17,694 bases of DNA. It comes from Abditibacteriaceae bacterium (GTDB taxonomy: Bacteria > Armatimonadota > Abditibacteriia > Abditibacteriales > Abditibacteriaceae). Position numbers and translations under genes: made by a program. The stretch is from the NCBI GenBank assembly GCA_031372065.1, contig JANMKN010000240.1, positions 1-17,694 of the forward strand, in the 5' to 3' direction. The notes under the pieces are model-generated. The model worked only from the letters and a program-made list of their open reading frames with translations, was not told where the DNA came from and did not search any database. Shown here piece after piece: positions 1 to 7,445 of the stretch; position 1 is the stretch's first letter, and the number at the start of each line of letters is the position of its first letter.

Positions 1-21
1 GACCCAAACCGCCCCGCACGC

Positions 22-45
22 CATGGCCGACCACGGCCGCGCTAC
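22..45 (-). repeat. GTAG-type REP-like palindrome (single copy visible; a partner may lie left of the window)
   Basis: Minus strand reads GTAGCGC-GGCCG-TGGT-CGGCC-ATG: a GTAG tetranucleotide followed by a short GC hairpin, the architecture of GTAG-family REP sequences. Confidence 0.45.
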
Positions 46-86
46 TCGCAAGTTAAAAATGTGTTGGCATCGCAAAGGCGGATGGG

Positions 87-145
87 GGAATGCGTAGTGC
101 GGCGGGGGCGATTTTACCGCACCCCGCACTTCACATTCCGCATTT
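87..145. repeat. Heptamer-built imperfect inverted repeat just downstream of nuoJ (possible terminator or stabiliser hairpin)
   Basis: After the nuoJ stop, the minus strand reads AAATGCG GAATGTG AAGTGCG GGGTGCG (145-118). Arm GGAATGCGTAGTGCGG (87-102) pairs with CCGCACTTCACATTCC (124-139) with 2 mismatches. Confidence 0.6.
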
Positions 146-709
146 TCAAAGTCTTTTCTTCGCCAAAACAACAACGCCGACCATCGCCACGAGCAACACA
201 ACCGAAGTCGCTTCAAAGGCGAACAGATAATCGGTAAACAGCGTGTTGCCGATGGCTTTGACCGAGCCGAAATCGGCAATGGCCGCGTCTTTTTCGTCTT
301 GCGTCGCCTGTTCGCTAATCAGCGTTTGGATTTTTTGCGGCTTGCCGGGCGGCGTTTCGATGCCTGTCGGGTTGCTCATCATAAAACCGAGCATGACCAG
401 TGTGACAAGGCCAAAAACAATGGCAAGGGGCAACTGAGAACCGCCGCTGCTTTCGCTGCGAATCGGTTTGTCTTCGCCCAAAAGCATGATGACGAAAACA
501 AAAAGCACCATGATGGCGCCCGCGTAAACGATAATTTGCACGGCGGCCAGAAACGGCGCTTGCAATTGCAAAAAGAAGGCGGCCAGACCTACAAAAGTGA
601 GAACCAAAAACAGCGCCGAATAAACCGGATGGCGATTCAACACCACCATAAGCGCCGACGCGACCACAAGCAACGAAGCGAGGCCAAAAACTATTGAATC
701 ACCGTTCAA
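146..709 (-). CDS. nuoJ: NADH-quinone oxidoreductase subunit J
   Basis: 187 aa with five hydrophobic segments and the NuoJ motifs HPVYSALFL, FLAAVQIIVYAGAIMVLFVFVIMLL and IG..LFTDYLFAFEATSVVLLVAMVGVVVLAKK. TTG start preceded by an AAAGGA RBS. Confidence 0.96.
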   Translation of the reverse strand: MNGDSIVFGLASLLVVASALMVVLNRHPVYSALFLVLTFVGLAAFFLQLQAPFLAAVQIIVYAGAIMVLFVFVIMLLGEDKPIRSESSGGSQLPLAIVFGLVTLVMLGFMMSNPTGIETPPGKPQKIQTLISEQATQDEKDAAIADFGSVKAIGNTLFTDYLFAFEATSVVLLVAMVGVVVLAKKRL

Positions 710-774
710 AACCGGTTCCTTTAGCGCCTCTTCCCAGTCAATTTTTTCCTACCATCGGGGCGCAATCTTCGGCT

Positions 775-803
775 ATTTTAACAATCTGTGCAAAAATGCA
801 CAA
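775..803 (-). promoter_or_regulatory. sigma70-type promoter for nuoJ with an overlapping Rex-like operator (786-803)
   Basis: Minus strand: -35 TTGTGC (803-798), 17-bp spacer, extended -10 TGT-TAAAAT (hexamer 780-775). The palindrome TTGTGCA-TTTT-TGCACAG resembles the Rex consensus TTGTGAANNNNTTCACAA. Confidence 0.6.
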
Positions 804-1034
804 GGAAAAATAACACCGTTTCTAATCCTTATAATGATGCGTAAAACGCCAAAAATAGGTTGAAAACTGAGCGCGCCGAGGTCAGAAAAGCCGTTCGCTC
901 GCAGTCGGAGAGTATTTGGCGTCCCCGCAAACACATTGCGGCAATTTTTCGCATTTTTTCTTCGCTGAAACAAAAAAAGTTCTACAACGCACTTTGAGGA
1001 TAGTTACGCTCTGCGTTCGACAGACACATAGAGC

Positions 1035-1349
1035 TTATTCGGATAGCTTCTTAATCGGCTTTGCCGCTCCAACTGCCTTGCATAAGGTGCCGTTCCAATA
1101 CCGATTGCGCGTTTGATCGAAAAGCAGACCACTTAAAGCCAAAATCGAAGTTTCCGCATCGCGCACCGCACCCGCAAAAAGCGGCGCCACTTCCTAAAGC
1201 CGTCATTGACTCAAGTAAGTGTTCCGCTTGGCGCCATCCCACGATGCGTTGTTGAATTGGTCTTCGAAAACGGTGGCTTGCGCCTGCGAAACGCCGCCCA
1301 AAAGCGCCAAAAACAGCGCGCTGAAAAAGAATTTTAAAATGCTATTCAT
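1035..1349 (-). pseudogene. Probable pseudogene of a secreted protein (two in-frame stops)
   Basis: ATG at 1349 overlaps the upstream gene's stop and encodes a clear signal peptide (MNSILKFFFSALFLALLGGVSQAQA). TGA at 1205-1203 and TAG at 1196-1194 interrupt it. The same frame then continues EVAPLFAGAVRDAETSILALSGLLFDQTRNRYWNGTLCKAVGAAKPIKKLSE to TAA at 1037-1035. Confidence 0.5.
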
Positions 1350-1932
1350 AGATTTTGTCCGCGTGAACGTCGTAAAGCTCGCGGAGCGCAAGGCGCAAAT
1401 CGCCGCGATGACGTTGCCACAAGGCTTCACATTCAACTTCCCAAAGTGCGGCATCGTTGCCTAAAATCTGCTGGAGAAGCTCGCGCAATAATTGCGGCGA
1501 CGTGCGACATTCCAACAAAGTAGGCAAAAGTCCAGCGCGATGCGACGTAAGAAGCACGCCGCCCGCGTTTTGGCTAACGTGTTTGAAGCGTGCCCAATCG
1601 AGACGCGAAAGCTGTTCGGCGCCGTCGAGAAGCAAAATCGTATCGGGTGCGATATTCCGAATTTGCTGCCATTCGGCGCGCGAAAAGCACCGCTTTTCGC
1701 GCGAGAGGCGCAAAAATAAAGTTTCGTCGCCGCGTTTTTGAAAATGTATCGCTAAATCTTCGAGAAGTGTGGTTTTTCCGTGTCCATGTGGCCCCACAAT
1801 CGCGCCGCGTCGCCCTAAATTTTCAAAACGTTGCGCTAATTCTTCGCGTGTCAGGCCCGCTTCGATAGCTTCCAAACGAAAGCGCACCTGTAAAATGCGC
1901 TCACTGCGAAAAGGATTCTCGCGGGCTTTCAT
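1342..1932 (-). CDS. Small P-loop NTPase (AAA-like), function unknown
   Basis: 196 aa with Walker A AIVGPHGHGKTT, Walker B ILLLDGAEQ, N-terminal NPF and a C-terminal GDLRLALRELYD lid-like helix. Confidence 0.85.
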   Translation of the reverse strand: MKARENPFRSERILQVRFRLEAIEAGLTREELAQRFENLGRRGAIVGPHGHGKTTLLEDLAIHFQKRGDETLFLRLSREKRCFSRAEWQQIRNIAPDTILLLDGAEQLSRLDWARFKHVSQNAGGVLLTSHRAGLLPTLLECRTSPQLLRELLQQILGNDAALWEVECEALWQRHRGDLRLALRELYDVHADKIYE

Positions 1933-2056
1933 AACTCACAGCATAACACGCAACTAAGTCTCAAAACGCTACGGTTGTGTTCAATTACAGCCTCATCAGT
2001 GCGTTATGATAGGAGGTGGTGGGGGAAATTAAAATCCGATTTTCGGAGGATGTTTT

Positions 2057-4207
2057 ATGAATTTTTGCCGCAAACTTCTCGTTGTAACCGCACTTTTGGC
2101 CGGAACATTTTTGCAAACAGCCATCGCGCAGGCCGCTGATGGCCCGACGCTGCTCAAGCGCACCGTCATGGTGAAATTGCACCGTTTCGGGCGCTATTGG
2201 CCCAATCCGACGGCCAAAGAACCGCAATATAACACCTTCTGTTGGGTGCCAAACGTGCAATTTGATGTGCTGGGGCCAGTGCCCGGTGGTTCACAATTCG
2301 TCGCCGAATTCATGAAATCCGATGGCTCAGCGTGGCTTACGGCCAATATCCCGACCAACGAAATCGCTGAAGGCAATTCGGACACCTTCAAAACCGATTT
2401 AACCGATGACATTTGGGAAAAGAAGGCCGTGACGGGCATCGGCACGTTTCCGTTTCGCATTCGCTTGAAAAACGAATTACTCGGAAAAAATGACGTATTT
2501 TTCAGCGGCAAATATGAAGTCACGAAATATCCGCCGCGCGTGCCCGACCCAAAAAACAAGATGGATTTTTGCACCGTGGAAGATTGGCGGGCGCCGATTG
2601 GATTTCTCTGGTTAAACCCCAGAGATGACAACGCAAATGTGCCGCCCGTCTCGGCGCAAATGTGGTTTCGTGGCGATCCGCACGATTTAAAGGCACTGCT
2701 TTTTAAAGATGGCAAGCAACTCGCCGATGCATCCAGCAGCGAAGAACTGCTTTTGCCCACGCCGGGTAGCGAAGAGGCTTTCAACTGGACACTACGCACC
2801 TTTACTTTTGCCAAAGTGCGCGGCTTTAACAAGGACACTTCGGCCAACAATTGGGACGGTGTTTTCTTTCTCGACAAAAATCCCGGCGACTATGAAATCA
2901 AAGTTTTGCGCGACGGAAAATTGGCGCGCATGGCGAATTTCAGCGTCGGCGCCGACGGAAAAATCGCCGATAACGGCATTGCTACAAGCAACAAATTGGG
3001 CGGCATTCGCATGGTGCTGCCGGTTTCGGTTTTGGGCACCGCCGATGGCCCTTTGAAGGCTGACAATTGGAAAACACACGCCTTTTATGGCAATTCTTTG
3101 CAAGGTTTCACGGGCGCAGCGCCTGCCCCGACTGCGACAACCGTCGTCACAAGCGGAACAAAAGCCGAACCTGCGGCGCCGCCGGAAGCAGCCACCGCCA
3201 CCACCACCGAAGGCGGCCCGAAGTTACTGAAATCCACGCTGGTTATTCGCGCTGACCGAATGCAGCGCTATTGGAAACAGCCGGAGACCGATAATTATTG
3301 GAGTTGGATGCCTGAAGGCCGCTTTTTTGTGCTTGGCCCCATTCCGGCGGGCACGAAATTTATCGTGGATTTCACCAAACCCGACGGCTCGGCGTGGTAT
3401 TCGGTAGATTGTCCTTGCGAGGCCGCCGCCGAAAACGAAATGCGCGGCGTTGCCATTGCCGGTTCCGGCAGCCACATGGACAAGCGCGGCATCACCGATA
3501 CTGGCACATTTGGCTTTAAAATTCGCTACGCCAACGAAGCCACCGGCGCCAAAGGCCAATTGATGAGCGGCAAATTCAGCGTCGAGAAATTCCACAAAGG
3601 CAACGATTTGCCGGCGTTCAAAAATCAGTTTGAATACTTCGTGAATCACGATTGGCTGCTGCCGATTGGCTATTTGTGGACGGATTGGCTGCGCGAACCC
3701 AAAGCGCCGCCGCTACACGTCAATATGTGGATCAAAAATTCCAGTTCCGACAACACCAAAGTCGCGGCCTACGTATTTTTCAACGGCAAGCAGCTTTCCA
3801 GCACCAAAGACACCGGCTCGGCGGGCACAATTAGTTCGATTCTGACTGCGGGTTCGGATGAAACCGATCCAACGTGGTATTTGTGGGATTTCAACTTTAG
3901 CACGGTGCGTGGCTGGAATACTGATAATTCGGGCAACCGCAACGATTCGCACTTTTTAGACAAAAATCCCGGCGAATACGAAGTGAAAGTGTTGTTCAAC
4001 GGTTCGCTGATTCGCGTCGCCAAATTCACTGTCGGCGCCGACGGCAAAATCGTGGACAACGGCATCGTCGCCGCCAACAAAATCGGCGGTATTTCGATGA
4101 TTCTGCCCGTCAAAGTGCAAGGCACCGCCGATGGCAAATGGAACGCCGACGCGTGGAAAACGCAAGCCTTTTACGGCAATCCTTTGCAAGGTTTCACCTC
4201 GCCGTAA
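2057..4207 (+). CDS. Secreted hypothetical protein with two tandem ~325-aa homologous domains and an Ala/Pro/Thr linker
   Basis: 716 aa with a GGAGGA RBS and an N-terminal signal peptide (..TAIAQA/AD). Residues ~29-351 and ~387-713 share motifs such as GP.LLK.T, VLGP.P.G, DGSAW, DW..PIG.LW, FLDKNPG.YE.KVL, VGADGKI.DNGI and WKT.AFYGN.LQGF. Confidence 0.9.
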   Translation: MNFCRKLLVVTALLAGTFLQTAIAQAADGPTLLKRTVMVKLHRFGRYWPNPTAKEPQYNTFCWVPNVQFDVLGPVPGGSQFVAEFMKSDGSAWLTANIPTNEIAEGNSDTFKTDLTDDIWEKKAVTGIGTFPFRIRLKNELLGKNDVFFSGKYEVTKYPPRVPDPKNKMDFCTVEDWRAPIGFLWLNPRDDNANVPPVSAQMWFRGDPHDLKALLFKDGKQLADASSSEELLLPTPGSEEAFNWTLRTFTFAKVRGFNKDTSANNWDGVFFLDKNPGDYEIKVLRDGKLARMANFSVGADGKIADNGIATSNKLGGIRMVLPVSVLGTADGPLKADNWKTHAFYGNSLQGFTGAAPAPTATTVVTSGTKAEPAAPPEAATATTTEGGPKLLKSTLVIRADRMQRYWKQPETDNYWSWMPEGRFFVLGPIPAGTKFIVDFTKPDGSAWYSVDCPCEAAAENEMRGVAIAGSGSHMDKRGITDTGTFGFKIRYANEATGAKGQLMSGKFSVEKFHKGNDLPAFKNQFEYFVNHDWLLPIGYLWTDWLREPKAPPLHVNMWIKNSSSDNTKVAAYVFFNGKQLSSTKDTGSAGTISSILTAGSDETDPTWYLWDFNFSTVRGWNTDNSGNRNDSHFLDKNPGEYEVKVLFNGSLIRVAKFTVGADGKIVDNGIVAANKIGGISMILPVKVQGTADGKWNADAWKTQAFYGNPLQGFTSP

Positions 4208-4266
4208 CGGGAACAAAAAACGGACGGGTCGCAGTCTATGAACTCAATTTGCAGGGAGGAATCACC

Positions 4267-4794
4267 ATGAAAAAACGGATTGCTGGACTTGCTGTTGTGG
4301 CTTGTTGTGTGCTGACTTCGGCGGCTTATGCGCTCTATTCGGTCAACACTAAGGGCGATTGGCCCAAAAGCTGGCCCCAAGAATTGGAGCCATTGCGCAA
4401 ACAATCATACACGTTTGTCGGGCCGGATGTGGAAAGCCACCACTACGCTATTGTCTTCAACAATCGCGAACAGTTTGAAGCCGCATGGCCGAACCTTTTG
4501 AAAGTCAAAACCAAAGGCGCGCCGATTTTTTTGATGCACGGGCCAAACTACTTCTTGGATGCCTTATCAGACAACAAAGTCCAAACCGGCATCGTGGTTC
4601 ATTGCCCGCCTGCCAGCTTTGCCAACAATCCGGCCACGCCCGTAGGGCCGACTAATTCTCCCAATCCTCGCGAACGCTGGTTCAACACAACCTACATCGA
4701 ATTGGTCGTGGACGGGGAAGTGGTAGATTTAAACCGCATTCCACTGCCCGCCGATACACCCATTATTGACGAGCGCTTCAAAGACGCCAAATAA
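4267..4794 (+). CDS. Secreted hypothetical protein
   Basis: ATG 4267 follows a GGAGGA RBS. 175 aa with signal peptide MKKRIAGLAVVACCVLTSAAYA. The start at 4138 in the ORF track overlaps the previous gene and is unlikely. Confidence 0.85.
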   Translation: MKKRIAGLAVVACCVLTSAAYALYSVNTKGDWPKSWPQELEPLRKQSYTFVGPDVESHHYAIVFNNREQFEAAWPNLLKVKTKGAPIFLMHGPNYFLDALSDNKVQTGIVVHCPPASFANNPATPVGPTNSPNPRERWFNTTYIELVVDGEVVDLNRIPLPADTPIIDERFKDAK

Positions 4795-4821
4795 TGGGCA
4801 CTTTACGCGCCTAAAACGCGA

Positions 4822-4920
4822 ACATAACTTATGCGACGGCGCTACATAACTTATGAAGCGGCGTTGCATAACCGACAAAACGCCGTCATATAAGTTATAA
4901 GACGGCGTTTTGTCGGTTAT
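4822..4920. repeat. 22-bp-period degenerate tandem repeat ending in a 20-bp perfect inverted repeat (likely bidirectional terminator)
   Basis: Units start at 4822, 4844, 4866 and 4888 (ACATAACTTATG..., ACATAACTTATG..., GCATAACCG..., ATATAAGTTATA...). ATAACCGACAAAACGCCGTC (4868-4887) is the exact reverse complement of 4901-4920. It lies between convergent genes. Confidence 0.85.
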
Positions 4921-5633
4921 AACGCTGCAAAATCATCCATAAAGCGCAAAACGTGGCTGGTATCGCCAAATTCGTCGCGTGGCGCGTCGGCGTTGACGAC
5001 AACGCAGGGCATTTCGGCGCGGCGCGCGGCTTCGGTTCCGGCGGGCGAATCTTCAAAAACCAAGCACTTTTTTGGTGCAAGATTCAATTTTTCGGCAGCC
5101 AATAAAAACACTTCGGGATGCGGTTTGCCTTTTCGCACATCTTCGCCAGTGACAAATGCGCCGAAATAATCGCGAATGGCGAGGCCATCAATCGTAAATG
5201 CCAAATTTTTGCGGTCTCCGGCTGTGGCGACAACCATCGGCACATTTTGCGATTGCAACCAATGCAGCCACGCCGCCAAACCGGGCAACAATTTCAAATG
5301 CGGCGCGTAAATTTCGCGATAAAGCGCTTCTTTGCGTTCGCCGAGCGCGAAAAGTTCGTTTGCATCCTGCACATCGGGAAAAAGACGAGCCACGATTTCG
5401 CCGATGGTGCCGTTGACATTGCGCAAAATTTCGTCGTCGCTTTTGTTTAAGCCTTCGCGCTTTGCCCAGATCAGCCACGTTTGGCGGTGAAAATCCATGT
5501 TATCCACCAAGGTGCCGTCCATATCGAAAATCACGGCCTCGCACTGCGTGCTTTGCCAGAAGCGGGCTAACGTGTCAGATTTTTCGTCCAGTAATTTCAT
5601 CGCAAAAAGTATAGGCGCGAAATCGCGTGGCAT
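4917..5633 (-). CDS. HAD-superfamily phosphatase (beta-phosphoglucomutase/CbbY-like, subfamily IA)
   Basis: Motif I IFDMDGTLVD, motif II VATAG, motif III KGKPHPE and motif IV VFEDSPAG. The true start may be ATG 5600 or later. Confidence 0.92.
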   Translation of the reverse strand: MPRDFAPILFAMKLLDEKSDTLARFWQSTQCEAVIFDMDGTLVDNMDFHRQTWLIWAKREGLNKSDDEILRNVNGTIGEIVARLFPDVQDANELFALGERKEALYREIYAPHLKLLPGLAAWLHWLQSQNVPMVVATAGDRKNLAFTIDGLAIRDYFGAFVTGEDVRKGKPHPEVFLLAAEKLNLAPKKCLVFEDSPAGTEAARRAEMPCVVVNADAPRDEFGDTSHVLRFMDDFAAL

Positions 5634-5772
5634 GACGTTGAATCAACTAATCGCAAAATTTCAGTCAAATCCTTTATGTCAGGTTTAGCGATGGCACAAC
5701 GCATAAGGCCCCTTAAGTGTCAATCAACACGCCTGCATCTCGAAGAAATCTTGCAGGCATTTAAAGGGCACT

Positions 5773-6933
5773 ATGAAAATCAACAATGTGATTCTGTTCG
5801 GTGTTGCGCTGGCTTTGCTGATGACTGGGTTTGCACCGAATCTTTCCGTCGCCCAGCCTCCCAATTTGCCTGCACCTAACACGGCTGTCCCTGTTGGCGA
5901 TGATCCGCGTTGCGGTGTCGTTGGCGATTTCAATAGCGACGGCAAAATGGATATTGCCACCGCGAATCAAGGCTCGAACGACGTTTCGATTCTTATCGCC
6001 GATGCCAAGGGGAAATTTCAGAATGCGCCGAATTCGCCTGTTAAAGTCGGCAAAATGCCGCGTTCGTTGGCAGTTGGTGATTTTAACGGCGACCAAAAAA
6101 CCGATTTAGCTGTGGGAAACAGTGCTTCCAACAGTATTTCGGTGCTTTTAGGTAACGGAAACGGGCAATTTACCGCCACTCCGGATGCGCCGTTCAAAGT
6201 GGGGCTGCGACCTATCGCGATTGCGGTGTCCGATTTCGACGGAGACCAAAAAGCGGATTTAGTGGTCGTGGATAATGGCGCCGATGATGTTTCGATTTGG
6301 CTGGGCAATGGTGCGGGCAGCTTTACGCAAGCTGCCGGTTCGCCTTTGAAAGTGGGCAAAACGCCGTTTTTCGTGGCGGTCAATGATTTAAATGACGATG
6401 GGCAGGCCGATCTTGTGGTGGCTAACAGTGGTTCCAACAACGTTTCGGTTTTAAGGGGACAAGGCGGAGGCGGTTTCAGTCCGAAGAACGATTTTGCGAC
6501 GGAACTTAGCCCGCGCTGCGTTGCCGTCGCCGATTTAAATGGCGACGGCAAAAAAGACCTCGCGGTAGCCAATACCGGCGCCAATAGCATTTCTCTCTTG
6601 CCGGGCGATGGCAGCGGCAAGTTTGGCGAGGCGACTTCGCTTACCATTGGCCCCAGCCCGCGCTCGGTGGTTGCAGTTGACTTGCATAGCGACGGCAAAT
6701 TGGGTTTAGCGGTGACCAGTTACGCGTCCCAAAAAGTCTTTGTGATGGTGGGCGATGGTGCAGGCAATTTTATGGCGCCTCCCAAACCCGCTTACAATGT
6801 CGGTTCCGAACCCATTTGGTCGGTGCTGGCCGATATGAACGGCGATGCCAAGCCCGATTTGGTAGTTATCAACAGCGATTCGAACGATATTACTATCCTG
6901 CTCGGCAATGGAAACAATGGCTTCAAACTGTAA
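5773..6933 (+). CDS. Secreted FG-GAP/VCBS-repeat beta-propeller protein
   Basis: 386 aa with a signal peptide and seven D[FLM]xxDxxxD-type repeats: GDFNSDGKMD, GDFNGDQKTD, SDFDGDQKAD, NDLNDDGQAD, ADLNGDGKKD, VDLHSDGKLG, ADMNGDAKPD. Most are followed by SxxLGxGxGxF. Confidence 0.93.
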   Translation: MKINNVILFGVALALLMTGFAPNLSVAQPPNLPAPNTAVPVGDDPRCGVVGDFNSDGKMDIATANQGSNDVSILIADAKGKFQNAPNSPVKVGKMPRSLAVGDFNGDQKTDLAVGNSASNSISVLLGNGNGQFTATPDAPFKVGLRPIAIAVSDFDGDQKADLVVVDNGADDVSIWLGNGAGSFTQAAGSPLKVGKTPFFVAVNDLNDDGQADLVVANSGSNNVSVLRGQGGGGFSPKNDFATELSPRCVAVADLNGDGKKDLAVANTGANSISLLPGDGSGKFGEATSLTIGPSPRSVVAVDLHSDGKLGLAVTSYASQKVFVMVGDGAGNFMAPPKPAYNVGSEPIWSVLADMNGDAKPDLVVINSDSNDITILLGNGNNGFKL

Positions 6934-6960
6934 GCTGAGTTTCTGTGAGATAATTTTGCT

Positions 6961-7434
6961 GTGCATAAACTAATTTCTCACCATGATGATTCGCCCGCTA
7001 TGACGCAGGAATTGTTGGTATGGCTCACCTCGTCCGAAGCCTCACAGTGCGAAAGCCTCGTTTTTCGCGCGAATTGCACGCTGGAAGAAGAAGCCAGCAA
7101 GGCTTTGGTCACATCTGCGGCGGCAAACAGCATTCAGTCCTTGTCCTTCACCGAAATCTATTTCACGCCACAGCAATTGGAAGAATTGCTGTCCATGCCC
7201 GCGTTGACGGAATTGAACATTTGGGGCGGCGAATCTTCGGATTGGAACGGGCCAACTTATGTGTGGGACACATTGGAAACGGCACACATAGACGTTTTAG
7301 TGAACAGTCCACACGCCCAGCGATTGCGCGTTCTGAAAATCGGCAACCAGAATTTCTCGAATGTAACGGGCCTCCAACTGCGAACGGCTTTGCCGAACTT
7401 GGAAACTTTGAAAGTAGAAGGGGAAATGTATTAA
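6961..7434 (+). CDS. Hypothetical leucine-rich-repeat-like protein
   Basis: 157 aa (GTG 6961 or ATG 7000) with LxxLxL-type segments IQSLSF, PALTELNI, NSPHAQRLRVLKIGNQ and LPNLETLKV. It fills the gap between neighbouring genes. Confidence 0.65.
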   Translation: MHKLISHHDDSPAMTQELLVWLTSSEASQCESLVFRANCTLEEEASKALVTSAAANSIQSLSFTEIYFTPQQLEELLSMPALTELNIWGGESSDWNGPTYVWDTLETAHIDVLVNSPHAQRLRVLKIGNQNFSNVTGLQLRTALPNLETLKVEGEMY

Positions 7435-7445
7435 TCGGCGGCAAT

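Noticed and set aside
1194..1205. Programmed readthrough (Sec/Pyl) or an alternative genetic code in the 1035-1349 ORF
   Set aside because: Two different stops lie within four codons in a non-redox context, and TGA and TAG both terminate well-identified genes in this window. Decay is the simpler explanation.
2194..2877. Long antisense or overlapping ORFs (e.g. 2194-2877, 6018-6698, 11237-11914, 16127-16744)
   Set aside because: They are shadows of well-supported genes on the other strand or frame and carry no recognisable motifs.
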